Below, piece by piece: positions 39,001-54,000 of a stretch of 64,000 nucleotides of DNA. Within the stretch, counting starts at the first letter, position 1. Each line of letters opens with the position of its first letter. The DNA comes from Chiloscyllium plagiosum (lineage: Eukaryota). The position numbers and the translations under genes are program-made. Below the pieces are notes generated by a model. It had not been told where the DNA came from, did no database searches, and worked only from the letters and a program-made list of their open reading frames with translations. The stretch covers positions 12,239,084 through 12,303,083 of the forward strand of contig NC_057719.1 of assembly GCF_004010195.1 (NCBI RefSeq). The letters are read 5' to 3'.

Positions 39001-42000
39001 AGTCTAGCTCTGTGAATGAGAGAAACACACGCAGCAAAGCAAGCACCACACAGTACAATTTAGTCAAAAACTTTAAATAACATAACAATAAGATTAGATC
39101 TGGATATATTACCGAATACCATATATTATAGTCTGTAATAAACAGGGCTATTAAAAGAAATGAGCCAGAAGACAGTTCTTGACCACGTCATTTTGAGTAG
39201 TCTAGAATCCAAATTCATGAATGTGGATGCAGCACCACTACACTCTCTGCACCTTTGGGCTGTTTTAACTAAAGTGACACTGTTTTGTGTATTCAATCTG
39301 CAGTTGCGAAAACACCCAAGTTATACAAACTGGTTTCACATATGGAATAGGTGCAGACGCTCACTACAACAGTCTGGGCTACAGTCGGACATCGATTCCA
39401 GACAGAAAGAAACAAACAAACACAGTCATGTGCTGACAATCCAAATGGTACCATTGCAATATCCACTATTTATACATTCTATTTACCCCAGCCATTTCAA
39501 CACAGGAAAATTAAGAACTAAGTTACTTTTAACAGATGAACAGGAGGAAGCTGTGGCTGGGTGGATGAGTTGACAAAGAAGCAGTGGGGACATAAAAGTA
39601 CTATGAAAATATAACATGAGAATCACAGGGTTAATTAAAAAATAATGACAGGACCTGACTTCATATTTGCAGTAATAGAATATAGAATTTATCCAATAAA
39701 CCAAGATGTAAAAGGGAAAGGGCAACATGGTGGCTCAGTACTTAGCATTGCTGCCTCATATTCTCCCCATGAGGTCAGATGGATTGGCCATGCCAAGTTG
39801 CCCTGTAGTGGCCAGGGATTTGCAAGTGAGGTGGATTAACCATGATAAATGTGGGCCTGAGTCTGGATGGGGTGCTCTTCGCAGGGTTGGTGTGGACATA
39901 ATGGGCTGAATGGCATCCTTCTGCGCCGTAGAAGTTCTCAGAGTCTATGAAACCAGTCTTTCGGACTTAGAGAGAACTCAAAATTTTCATTTCATGGAAA
40001 TATGTAAATATCCTATACATTATAAAACATTTTATTCATTGTCAACAGTACTTCAAGGGAGAGAATTTAAGGGAGACAGGACTTCCAAGTGCCCCCCATT
40101 CCTTTGCCTGTTATGCTTTGAGCTAGGATAGAGTTAGGGGACAAAGTTTTATAGGGGTTTAAGTGATATGGACTACTGTGAGATTTATGACAGAGTCAGA
40201 TGTAAAAGTCCAGCAAGTCCACTTCTATACCAGATACATCTTGCTCCATTGTTAATGCATTCCCAGAGTGGTGAAGTAAGGTTGTCATTTGGAAAAAAGA
40301 GACAGGATCTCGGGGCAGCAAGGGAAGTGGAGGGGGCTACCCAGCTCAGGCAGAGGGCACTTGCAATACATGTGGGGGTCTGCAGTGGGTCAGCCCCAAC
40401 TCCACTCCTCGAGAACGTGCGGGGTGCAGAGTTGATGTAGACTCCACTGATGAAATTGTGACAGATGCTGGAGCAAGCTGGCTGGTGGAGGCCCACCTTT
40501 CCTCTTCTTGAGGGCTGCAAAGGCTTCAGCTACTTTGATGTCCTGTGTGACTGGCTCCTTCCAGGGAACAACAGGTGACCCGTGATGGACCTCACGTCAC
40601 ACAGCCATCGCCACAGACACAGAGGGGCTGATGACTCTCTGCAAGATCACACTGATTCACATGGTTTCCTGATGACAAGGTCAGTGCTAAAGTCCAGGCA
40701 GCAGAATTTTGGGATATTTGCCGTGTAACCATAGGTGCAGTGTGCCATCAACAATACAAGTGGGAGAGAGCTGTAACACAACATTGCAGAATTCATCAAC
40801 TAGGAAGCGGCTCCATTCCATTAATGGTGATCTATGCTTGCTGTTAACACAACCTGGAAATGTGTGCCTATTACTGAGAGTTGCCATGTTTCCTATATCC
40901 TGGAGCACCCTCCTTTACCTGGTGTATTTGAGGGTCTGGGATCTTTTAAGGGTGGGTACTGAGAGACTCAGGACTATCCCATTGCAATCACAGGTAATGA
41001 CACAATTGTGCAACTCCTGACTGATGCACAGCACAGGTACAATGCCACCCACGTTTCCACTAGGACTATGGCTCAGCAGACGGCAGTTGTTGAAGGGGTG
41101 GTGGCGGAGGCAACAAAGTGATGTGCTGGATGCGGAGAAACTGAGGGATGGGGAACATTCTTCATAGGATGAGGAGGTGGAGGCCTGACCTGCTATGCCT
41201 TTCCTGCAACACACCCTCAACTCTGATCTCCAGCATCTGCAGACCTCACTGTCTCCAGGCTAGACAAGTGGGCTGAGAGACTGAGGGGTCCAGTTGAGTC
41301 CACCTTTTCCCACCAATGTCAAAGCAGCATATCCAATGTAAGGGGATCATTCAATCGGTATCGCAAACAAACATTCTGGCTGGGACAAATGGGATGGAGA
41401 TTTTAATCAAAAGGAATTCCATATGCTCATGCAAATTAAAATTCTCTTCTTCCCGACAGAAATTATGGGAAATATTACATTATGTTTTGTTAATGAAGTG
41501 TGGGCAAATTGCTGCTCAATCTAAGTTGGCCTTGCTTTAAATCAATGCTCACATCAATAACTATTAATATATTTAGACCTAGAAAGGGGTACAGAGAGAC
41601 TTCAACCAGCACAGAAACCAATCACTAAACATGCTCTTTTAAAGCATTAACAGAGGCTGCGTTGGAAACAGAGCAAGGATAGGAACTGGTTCCAGCCCCT
41701 GCACTATCATGATGTCAAGGACATGATTATGCTCCTTCAGCTCTGGGAATGCTGTGGCTTAAGCAAACAGGATCGCATGACACACAAGAATTTCCTACGC
41801 TCAGAATGAAAAATTACCTTGTTGATCATGTCCAGAGTACACTCAAACAAGGCATCGAAGATCTGGGGTACTTCTGCAGTAATGTGGTTCTCCAACTTAT
41901 TCACTATGGTGGCCATTGTACTCAAAACCTCAGGCTCCCGGGCTGCAGGGACATTCCTCTGGTAGTCGATCAGAACTGCGTCAAGCAGCGGGGGGACAAA

Positions 42001-45000
42001 GTTTTCTGCAACCTGACAAAGTCAAGAGGCAGAGAGAGAACAGGGTGAGAGAGTGCAGCTTAGTATCTTGGCATACCACCTTTGTTTATTTGTTGACAAA
42101 TGATAATAGAACTCAGCCTCAGGGACATCAGAGTGGGAAATTAGTCTAAAAGACTCGAGCACATTCTTGGCATCAGAGGGTGAGAGTCAAGTCTGGTATT
42201 TATTTGTTAAGTGCTGAATGCTGATTGAGTGCACTGCCCACGTCTCCTTATTTGATAGGCACATCAGACTTTGAGAAGTCAAAATAGCTCAATATAAAAA
42301 TGAAGCCATTGTTTTTAGTAACCATTTAGTCTAGCCTGGTGATAAAGATTCCTTTTCAAATCGTACTATGCTCAATGTCCCCACTTCAGGCATGCAATTT
42401 GGAACCTTGGTGCAGTTGCCAATTAAGAGCTTAAATTTTAGACTACACATCACAAAGACCACTTACTTTTACACCATTCTTGGTTCAAATCCCTCTATTA
42501 CTGAAAAACAACATATAGGCCTTTGTCACTTCGAAATTCCAGGACTCCAGGTCTATTCTGCCGTCCACTTCAAACTCAAACACATCCAAAACTCTACCAC
42601 AGACTGCTTGCTAAACACTCCAAAGCTCACTGGGTCCCCTATAGCATAAAATATACATCTAACCTCTATACCGCCTTGACCTACCACAGCAATGAAATCT
42701 CCTTAAGTCCGCTATCCCATCTGACCACCCCATTCCTCTGGCTGCTCTTTTGTTATACAATGCTTTCCACCCAGAACTCTAGTATTGCCTGCACACTGTC
42801 CCAATCCTTCTTCCCAAACTCCCTCTTCTCCTTTAGAGAGGCATGTTGTCAACATCCATCTCTGCAAGCAAGTTCCTATCTACTCCCAACTTCCCCCTTG
42901 CTGACAAGCGACCAGTTTTCTTCATGGCCGCTAGCAAATGTCTCTGGGATACTGCTTTTACAACAGGAGTTCTAAATCTTGCTCCCGACTCTGACCCCAA
43001 TTCATGGATTGAAAACATTAGGGTGGCACGGTGGCTCAGTGGTTAGCACTGCTGCCTCACAGCACCAGGGACCCAGGTTCAATTCCAGCCTCGGGTGACT
43101 GTCTGTGTGGAGTTTGCATGTTCTCCTAATGTCTGCGTGGGTTTCTTCCGGGTGCTCCAGTTTCCTCCCACAATCCAAAGATGTGCAGGTCAGGTGAATT
43201 GGCCATGCTAAATTGCCCATATTGTTGGGTGCATTAGTCAGAGGTAAATTTAGGGTAGGGGAATGGGTTACTCTTCGGAGGGTGGGTGTGGACCTGTTGG
43301 GCCGAAGGGCCTGTTTTCACACTGTTGGTATTCTATTCTGTGATTCTAACATGCCTGGACCCCACAATAGGAACTGTGGGATCAGAAGAGGGGGTGGTGA
43401 GAGCGCTTTAGGACCAAGGATGAGGTGGAAGAGAGGCCAGGAGGGGTGGGGGAAAAAAAAAGAGAAGCAACACACTTGGTCTTCAGGGATTTTTTGAGAA
43501 CCTGTGTTTTCATGACAGCAGGATATCAGGCATTAAAAAGGATCAATTAGGTCATGCCCAGGATTTTAAAAAAAGGCTTAATGCTATTGGAACTCTGTGT
43601 CAGCAATTATACCTTGGACCCTGCAACCCTGTGGGGAGGGGGCGTCATGAACCACATTTTGGGAAGCTATGCTTTGCAGGCACTTTTTAGTGTAGGACCT
43701 AAGAAATATGAACAGGAGCTACTAATTTACCTATCAATACCAAAAATTGAGGCTGATCTCACTGTGGCCTCAAGTCCTGTCTGTCCCCCATGACCCTCAA
43801 TCCCCAGGTCAATCAGATATCTGTTCAAGTCAGCCACGAGTAGACTCAATGACCCAGCCTCCACTGTACTCTGTAGAAGAGAATTCAGAGAATAAAAAAA
43901 ACTCCCTCTTTATTCACATACAAGTTGCTTTTGTATCCGATTAAAAAGAAGAAGACAGTATAAAATAGCAATCCAAATAGGACAAAGGGGCACAAATCCA
44001 AAGTGAAGGGCAACAGATACACATTAACAATCACAAGCTCATAGAGTCACAGATGTACAGCATGGAAACAGACCCTTTGGTCCAACTCGTCCATGCCGAC
44101 CAGATATCCCAACCTAATCTAGTCCCATTTCCCAGCACTTGGCCCACATCCCTCCAAATCCTTCCTATTCATATTCCTATCCAGATGCCTTTTAAATGTT
44201 GCAATTGTACCAGCCTTCACCACTTCCTCTGGCAGCTCATTCCATACACGTACCACCCTATGCCCCTTAGGTCCCTTTTAAATCTTGCCCCTCTCACTCT
44301 CGACCAATGCCCTCTAGTTCTGGACACCCCCATCCCGGGGAAAAGACCTCGTCTATTTACCCTATCCATGTCCCTCATGATTTTATAAACCTCTACAAGG
44401 TCACCCCTCAGCCTCTGACACTCCAGAGAAAACAGCCCAGCCTATTCAGCCTCTCCCTATAGCTCAAATCCTCCAATACCGGCAATATCCTTGTAAATCT
44501 TTTCTGAACCCTTTCACGTTTCACCACAGCCTTCCGATAGGAAGGAGACCAGAATTGCATGCAATATTTCAACAGTGGCCTAACCAAGTTCTTCAAACAA
44601 TTTTTTAAAAAAGTGATCAATTCACTTAATTGGGCAATTAGAGAACGAAAACAAATCTTTTTAAACAGTAATATTTCAAATGGAAGAGGAACGTAGAGCT
44701 GTTCTGGATAAATAACCCATACTGGGGCAATTATACTCACCAGCTGGGGATCGGAGGACCGGCTCACCCACCCTGATATCAGCTTTAAAGTCTCCCTCTT
44801 TACTGTTCTCATGCTTTTGATTAAAGGTTGTTTGGTAACAACTTCACCTAAATGGGGGAAAAAGAAATATACAACATACATATTAAACAGTCCTCAGGAT
44901 CAGTGAGCCTTTCTTGTAATAGGCTAGTCAGAGATCTTGCGATTTTGTTTCCGTGGCACTGTCTCGGTGCTACCCTGCAGTAGGAGAGGGGGAACCAAGT

Positions 45001-48000
45001 AAAATGGGTTTGGGGTGGGACAGGAGAGGGAGGGGACAGACTGTTCAATCAGATACTTAAGGAAGTGCCTGCCCATGAACTCAGCAATGGGCGAGGGGAA
45101 TGATTCTCACTTAAGGGTTTGTATGCTGGGGTAGCACGGTGGCTCAGGGATTATCACTATTGCCTCACAGCATCACAGACCTGGGTTCGATTCCAGCCTC
45201 GGGTGACTCTCTGTGCAGTTGAATATTCTCCCAGTGTCCGTGTGGGTTTCCACCGGGTACTCTGCTTTCCTCCCACAGTCAAAAGATGTGCAGGTTAGCT
45301 GGGTTGGTCATGGTAAATACAGGTTTATGGGAATAGGGAAGGGGATTGAATCTGGACAGGATGCTCTTCAGAGGGTCAAGTGCAGACACGAATGGCCCCT
45401 TTCCGCACTGTAGGGGTTCTATGATTCTAACTCCTTGCAGCAATCCAGCATTGTAACCCAACACAACAGGCTCCAATCAAAAGGTGGCAGGCACACCACA
45501 GTTTGGTCTCAGGTACCTGCGATGGCAGGCAAAAATGTTCAACTGTAGGAATTCACAAAGTCATCATATAATGGCTTAATTTCTAACTAACTTTCTTAAG
45601 ACAGACTGCCAAGCAACAGAGATATGTAAAGTCCGATTTCTGATACATGGGAGATGGGGCGAGAACAGGAAGAAAGACAGAGTGCACCTTATATCAGCAA
45701 CGTGTCAAAACACAAACTATCACACTCAGCTCTGTACTAATGTAAACGTAAAGAAATGGCTGTTTAGAAGGAAACTCTTTCTTCGACTTTCCGATCCAGT
45801 CCACCTAATGGGGTAGGTTAGCTTAGTTGGCTGGATGGCTAACTTGCAGTGTAGAGTGACACCAATAGTGGGTTGGTTTTCACACATCAGCTGGAGGTCA
45901 CACAGAAGGTTCCACCTTCTCAAATGTCACCCCTCTCCTGAGGCATGGTGGCCCTCAGGTTAGACCACCTCCAGTCATCTGTCTCCATAGTATTTAGATG
46001 TGCACTTATGATGCAGAGGCATACAAAGGTATGGATCATGGGATTAGAACATTTAAGTCACTGTTTTTAACGAGCACTAACTCGATGAGTTCAAAGGGCT
46101 CTTTTCAAGGCTGTAGATCTTTATGCTTCTATTGCTCTTACATCTTAAACCGAATGGATATTGAAGCTCTCCTTTACCAATTAGACAAACCTCTTATTTC
46201 TGTCCAAATCATAGATTGGCTCTTTATAGAAGATAAAGAAAATACAGGTGGATTCAGGAATGGTCTATTCTGCTTCTTAAACCCGTTCCATCATTTAATT
46301 AGCTCACAAATTATCCGAACGGCAATTTTATCTAACCTAGTTCCACAAACTTTAATATGTGTGCCTAACAATAGTCTATCAATCTCAGTATTAAGGTACT
46401 GAATTGATCCCCATCCACAACAGCCTTTTGGGAGAAGCTTTTCATTCTGAGAGGAGGAGAATTTTTGGAACAACCAGCTTAAAACATCCGATCCCACCTT
46501 CCCCACCAAAAAAGTGGCTAGTTACCATTGGCCTGGATAGCTGCAGAGATATTCTCACTCAAACACTTATACACGTTGAGCATGTCCAGATATATCCGTC
46601 CTAGCTGAATGACAAATGGATGTCCAACTGCCTTGCAGGCTCTCACGTTGGTCTTCAGGATGCTGCCAAGCTGCTTCACCGTCTCTGCATCCTTCAAAAT
46701 GTCCACGTTCTTTGTAAAATGATTTGAGTAAACGGAATTAGTATCCACTTGGACAAAAGAAATGCTCTAAAATATTTTCCCCATGCACCTTTAACCCTCA
46801 GCATTTCTTCCTGCCCATACCACCAGCAGCTCCCCAACCCCGTTGTCTGTCAAAGTTGAGAAGAAAGGGGATTGACAGTCATGGTGGTGGGGATACATTA
46901 TGTGCGACTCTCCTCATGACAGTCATGCTGGAAAACTGATTGGCGTGGACAAAGCTCAATATGAAAATTATTATTTCTCCACTTATTGCTGGAAGAAATG
47001 GCATGTAATTTACTGATGACACTCATCTGAACATCAAAACTAGCTGGTGGTAGATACTGTGAGGAAGTTGCAAAGATGTCTCAAGGGGATTTGGAGAGCA
47101 GGCAAAAAATTTGACAGATGGAATAAGAGAGAGAAATGTGAGGTTGCTCACTTTGGTGAGAAAATAGGAATAGTGGCTTTCTTAAATGCTAGAAGATTGG
47201 GAAGTCTTGCAAGTTCAAAAAATGACTCGAGTATTCTTCAGCAGCGAAAGAGGCAAATGGTACATCGGCCTTTATTGCAAAGAATGTGTGTACAGAACTA
47301 AACACAGCTTGCTGTCATTATACAGAGTCTTAGTGAGTCAAAAGTGGGCACTGGAAAAGCACAGTTGAGGAGCAGGAGAAGCAACGTTTCGGCCAAAAGC
47401 CCGTCATCAGGAATGAGACTATGAGGTGAGGGGTTGGAGGGGAAACGGTTAGCTGAGAGTGTGATAGGTAGATGGAGGTGGGGGTTAGTGGTGATAGGTG
47501 GGAAGGAAGGAGCACTGGTAGGACAGGTCATGAGGGTGGTGCCGGCCGAAATGGGATAAGGTTTGGGGGGGGGGGGGGGGGGGGAGAGTGAAGAAACTAG
47601 TGAAATCCACATTGATGCCATGTGGTTGGAGGGTCCTGAGGCAGAAGAGGCACTACAGAGAGTAAATCTTTCTATATACAACACGACAATCTCCAGGTGT
47701 GGTCTCACGAAGAATCTTAGTGAGACCACACCTAGAGATTGTCGTGTTGCATATAGAAAGATTTACTCTCTGTAGAAGGAGCAGAAAGAAGGGATTGGCG
47801 TTGAAGGGATTGATTTATGTGGAAAGATTCAACACGGTTAGCTTACATTCCCTGGAGTTTAGCATAATGAGAGGTCATGTCTATCAAACATAGAAAATGA
47901 TTATAAGGATTGATAAAGCAGAGGTAGGAAGGATGTTCCCCTGCTGGGGCAGATCCAGAAAGAGAAGAGACACCATCTCAGGATAAAAGGGCAGGCCATT

Positions 48001-51000
48001 TTGGTCCAAAATGAGCCATTTCTATGTGGGGTGGTGGACCTTTGGAATTCTCTGCCCCAGATTGCTGGGGAGGCTCAGTGGTGGAGCATTTTCAAATCGG
48101 AGGTCAATAGATTTTGACACAGGCAGCATGGTACAGTGGCGACTGACTGTGTGCAGTTTGCACATTCACCCAGTGTCTGCGTGGGTTTCCTCCCACACAG
48201 TCCAAAAATGTGCAGGTTAGGTGAATTGACCATGATAAATTGCCTGTAGTGTTAAGTGAAGGGGTAAATGTAGGGGAATGGGTCTGGGTGGGTTGCGCTT
48301 CGGCAGGTCGGTGTGGACTTGTTGGGCCGAAGGGCCTGTTTCCACACTGTAAGTAATCTAATCTAATCTAATCTAGGGATATGGAATTAATTCAGGAAAG
48401 TGCTGTTGAAGTTGAAGACTGGGTGTGATCTTGCTGAATGACAGAGAAGGGCCTGTTTCCACACTGTAAGTAATCTAATCTAATCTAGGGATATGGAATT
48501 AATTCAGGAAAGTGCTGTTGAAGTTGAAGACTGGGTGTGATCTTGCTGAATGACAGAGTGGGTTTGAGGGGCTGAAAGGCCTACTTCTGTTCATGACAAG
48601 AGAGTGAGAAAAGTTTAACATTTGAGACAGCCTTTCCTTTAGTATTCAAGCCATGAAAGGAGCTGGAGTTTTCAAAGCCTTATGCTGGACAGATGGTCTC
48701 AATTTTGGTGACAAAGCTGTCCAGGACACTGGTTTAGAGACGAAATTGAAATGTGGAATTTAAGGAAATATGATTAGTACTGTATATAAAGAAGCCGCAA
48801 CTAATAAATCACTCAGTTCACCACTGTGGAGATAAAAGAAACAAATTGTGGCATTTATTGCCTCATTGTTATAATGCTTGTTAAATGTCCTGCAGGACTT
48901 AGAACAGTTCCAGTTAACTATGAAAAAGAAAAAAGGTCTTATTCTGCTATAACCAAATTAGTTGTTAGATCCTACACTTATTTCCAATATCAGACTTCTC
49001 CGTTCTCAAATCTTTCATTGAAAATTACTAACAGAAAGCATTCATTTGCAATTATTGAATGAATTCAATAACCCAACGTAAGGGAAGACAGCCAAGTAGA
49101 CTGTCCACTACTGAATGAATTGACCTATCCCTCAGTTGCCTAACTTACCTTTGTTGCTTGCTGAATAATGCTGTCCCACACCTGGTTAGGCAACAGCATG
49201 TATTTCTCAATTAAATGCTCCTGGACAGTTTGATCAGTTTGAGCTCCAATCATGTAACCAACAGCTTCATAGAATGTGTGCACCTGAAATACAAGAATAA
49301 AGTTTTAAACTTTTCCTCAGGAGTTCATGAGGTAGAAGGTGAGCTTTCAGCACTGGAATGAGTCAGAGAGAGTGAGAACGCGAGTGTTAACTGAACACTT
49401 TATTCCAGACGGCAGTCACATGCCTTAGACTAAACTGGAAGATCCCAGAATGTGGTCAGAGATGTGAGGAGTGAAGCTGGTATGGTGATAAGGAAGTAGT
49501 AGCCTCAGCCATTGCAAATGTCCCACAGGATCAAGATTCATGCACTTTGTATGGATAAGAGTAGAAACATTTCCTCAGAGCCAAGAAAGAGTCCAGTAGG
49601 CTGTTCTGCTCGGTGCCAAGGTCGAGGACATTGCTCTAAGTGGAGAGGATCTTCAATAGGAGGTAGATGATCCAAATGTCATAGTCAGTGTGGGTACCAA
49701 TGACATGGCAGGCACGGTGGCTCAGTGGTTAGCACTGCTGCCTCACAGCACCAGGGACTCATGCTGAATTCCAATCTTAGGTGACTGCCTGTTGGAGTTT
49801 GCACATTCTCCCCATGTCTGCAAGAGTTTCCTCCAGGTACTCCAGGTTCCAAAGATATCTAGGTCAGGTGAATTGGCTATGCTAAATTGCCCATAGTGTT
49901 AGGTGTATTAATCAGTGGGAGTGGGTCTGGGTGGGTGTGGACGTGTTGGGCCGTGTAGGAAATCTAATGGATAAAAATGATAAAAAAAAAAGGTTCTGTT
50001 TAGAGATTAAAATCAACTAGAGGCTAATTGATAAAAGCAGAACTACAAAATGATGATAATTTCCCCTACTCAATTCTCAAGCAAATTACCACAGGGTAAA
50101 TAAGGTTAGAGAGATGTATGCACTTGGTGCGAGAGAAATGAATTTCAAATCATGGAGCATTAACATTAGTGCTGGGGAAGTGAGGGAGCTGTACTTTTGG
50201 GATGCTCCTACTTGTCCCAGGACCAGTACTCTGGAAAATCACATAACTAGGGCACAAGAGAGGGTTTTAAGTAGAATAGCATGTTATTTTTGGTGGAGGA
50301 GCATGGAAGTGATTCCTTATGGACAGTGTGTGTTGGAGTACACTTGAGAGAAATCAGAAGGGCTAAAAAGGGAAATACGTGATGGCTTTGGTAGAGAAGA
50401 TAAAAGATAATTCAAAGAGATTCGACAAGTATAAGAAGGGCAAAAGTGTAACTAGGGAGAGAATATTCACGAGGGCAAGAATTCACGTGGCACTGCAAGT
50501 AGTAATTGAGCATAGTGGAGCTATGGATAATAATAAATTGAGTGTGGCATGGACAGAGTACATAATCATCTACTACTCAATAAATCCTCTTAAAATTTGT
50601 TACACAAACTGTCTGCCAAACCTTTGACGTGTTGATGATTGATGGCTCAAGTTATTGGAGCTCTACCCATCCAGGCAAGTGGGGAGTATTCCATCACATT
50701 GCTGACTTATAACTTGTAGATGATGGGCAGACTTTGGGGAGATAGGGGGAAGTAACTCACCTCCTATCTAAGTAATTTACAAAATTAGCAATCCAACAGG
50801 TGAAAACAGTGACCAAACTTCCAAAACATTTACTGTCATGAAACCGACTCCATTAATCCAACGGCATGAGGTACAGCAGTCTATTTCTTCTGAAATCCCT
50901 GCTCCCCACCAAAAGATAGGTGTATTTCATACCAAGGGATAGGTGGTTGGCAACACCTCTTTAAACATGTTTTGAAAAAAAAAACACCTTAAATACGCAC

Positions 51001-54000
51001 ACAAAAACATGAACTGCAACTGCACTCACCTGATGAGGCTGCAGATCACAAATGATAGTGTTAATATTGGTCAAGATCTCATCAATGAAAGGCATCACCT
51101 CTCCTACTTGCACTTGAACAAAGTGGCGTCTGCACTTTTGGGCTATCTTAATAAATGTGTCACAAGCCATGTCCTGGACACCATCATGAGTCTCTGTAAA
51201 AAGCAATAAGGGGTGTAAAGCTCACTTTTTCTTAAAAAAAATCTTAAAATTTACATCTAAAAACCTTTCATAGGTTGAGTTGCATTTTTTAAAAAATCCA
51301 AATTTAATTTCACCGTTCTCCATAGGATATTCATTCCAGAGTTTTACATACCCTTTTTGGAGAAACGTAGTGCTCTATAAAAAAACAAACAATATTAATC
51401 CAAATTCTACCCCCCAACAGTGAAACAGTATTTTTACACTACTATTCAAAGTTTGTGAGAAGTTACACTACTATATCAGAAACATCTCCAAATAAAAAAA
51501 ACTCTACAACTGTTTAAATTTAAAATGCATTTAAGTAGAATTTGACGACAAAACTTTCTTGATTCAGCATACACTGTACCCAAAGGACATTCTCAGTCTG
51601 CATAAAGTCTAATGACTAAGCAAACTGCACAGCAATAAATAGCACCACAATGACTACAGTACACGCTGGGCTTCATGACAAGTTTCCTTACCATGCATAA
51701 ACTCAAAGAGTTTGTTCACCACTGTCTTTAGGAACTTCCAGTGAGCTCGCAGGAACCGGGGATACTGTCCCACCACGTACATAATGTTAGAGGCGATAAT
51801 AGCCTTGTTATCCTTCCCACGTTTTTGTTCACAAAGGCCCAGCAAATCCTTCAAAGTCAAAAAGGTTCAATGATAAGTAAAACGAGCAAAGTGAATCAAG
51901 CTATCACACCTTATTTTCTTTGTTCAAGTTCTCACTCAGCCCCAAATGTCTAAAGCTCTCCTTTAAAAATGGATTCAGGAGCAAAAACCTTCTCCCAGTA
52001 AGAAAGGTATCAAAAAGAATTATCAAACAAACACTCAACAACTTAAGACAGCACCTCTAACATGATTCTATGAAACATTCCAGCATGCTTCAAAGGAACA
52101 CTACAAAATAACATACACCACCAAGCATTGAAGGAGGTGCTTGGTCAAAGGGGTGGATTTTAAAGAAAGTTGCAGAAGCTGGGTGGTGGGGAAGAGGAGG
52201 AGTGGGTATCTGCTTTGGCAACGGAAGGCACAGCCAGCATCACTGCAGCAATTATTATTGGGAACACAAAAGAAGTCAGAGTGTAGATATACCGGAGGGT
52301 TGAGAGTAAGAGATTATGGGAACTCTCCACCAGCAACTGACCTTGATGACTGTGACAAGGAATCGTTTCTCATCCTCTTCATGCATTGCACCACTGATGG
52401 AACCAATAGCCCAACAAAGTGTATTCAGGTTTTTCCATGACCATTCTGTACCATTCACTTGATTGTGCAGCTTCTCAGTCATAATGCATTCTGTGTCAGC
52501 ATAGTCTAAATGTGTGAGATAGACTGAAACAGGAAAACAAAGCAGCCTTAAAAATCACAGAATCCACTTAGTGCAAATAAAGGCAATTGGACCCATCAAC
52601 TCTGTACGGACCTTCCGAAGAGCATCCCACCCGGAACCACCACCTCCCCCACCCTATCCCATTAACCCTGTATTTACCATGGACAGAGTCGAAAAGGGTG
52701 GCACTGGAATAGCACAGCATGTCAGACAGCACCCGAGGGGCAAGAGAGTCAATGTTTTGGGTAGCACATTCCTGATGAAGGGCTGATGCCTGAAATGTCG
52801 GCTCTCCTGCTCCTCGGATGCCGCCTGACCTGCTGTGCTTTTCCAGCACCACACTTTTCAACACTGACTCTCCAGCACCTGCAGTCCTCACTTTCACATA
52901 TTACCATGGCCTACCCACCGAATTTGCACATCTTTGGACTGTGTAAGGAAAGCCATGCAGACATGGGCAGCATGTGCAAACTCCACATGGCCACCCCAGA
53001 TTGGAATCAAATCTATGTCCTTGGCGCTGTGAGGCACCTGTGCTAACCACTATACCACCATACTGGCCTTATTTAGGGGTTTCAGACATGGACGTGTTGT
53101 TTTGGAAGAACTTGCCAACAACAAAAGGAGAGATGGCAACATTCTTTCAAGTCAGTATGGCAAATTGCTTGCAGGCTGTGGTATTTCCATCTATTTGCCA
53201 CCACTTGTCATTCTAGACAGAAAAGGTCATGGTTTTCAATGCGCTTTCACAAGAAGCCTTGATGAATTTCTGCAGTGCATATTGTAAATCGTGCACACTG
53301 CCGTACAGGTGGGAAGAGGAAGTGGACATTCGGAGATGTAGGGTCAATTAAGCAAGCTGCTTTGCCGGGTTAGTGTCAGTCTTCAGGTGCTGTTGGAGCT
53401 ACGCTCATCCAGGCAACTGGGGAGTATTCCATCACACTCCTGATTTGTGCCTTGTAGATAGCAGACAAGCTGTAGGGAGTTAGGAGGTGAGGTAGTCATG
53501 ACAAGATTCCTAGTCTCTGACCTGCTCTTGTAACCACAGTAATAATATGGCTGGTCCAGTTCAGTTTCTCAAATGAAAGATGTTAAAAAAAAAAACATGA
53601 AAACTACAAATTCATTATGCCTGTAAGCATCTGACAAGAGAAAACATTTGGTCTGGGTTTGTTGGAAATGGAAACAAACATTAAAATCCTTTTTCAGAGC
53701 TGATCAAAACATCTCTCCTTTAGTTAGTTTATGCTACAATTGAAAGAAACATCTGTAAATTCATTCCCAGGCCTTCTCTAATCTTTAGAGAAAAAAGCAC
53801 CACCATCCAAATTGCAATGAGAGTGGCCATTTTGCCCAAAACATACATACATCCCAAAAGAAAATGTCAGCAGTATGTTTATAAAAATATATTATTCATG
53901 AGTCATGAGTTTGGTGGCTAGGCCAGCATTTATTGTCCATTCTGAACTCAAGGTCTGGGTAGTAGTCAACTTCTTGAACCACTGGTGTAGGTACTGTTGC

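Noticed and set aside
42523..42975. 150-aa ORF on +
   Set aside because: Low-complexity S/L/P-rich translation of pyrimidine-rich intronic or decayed repeat sequence antisense to XPO1, with no domain signal.
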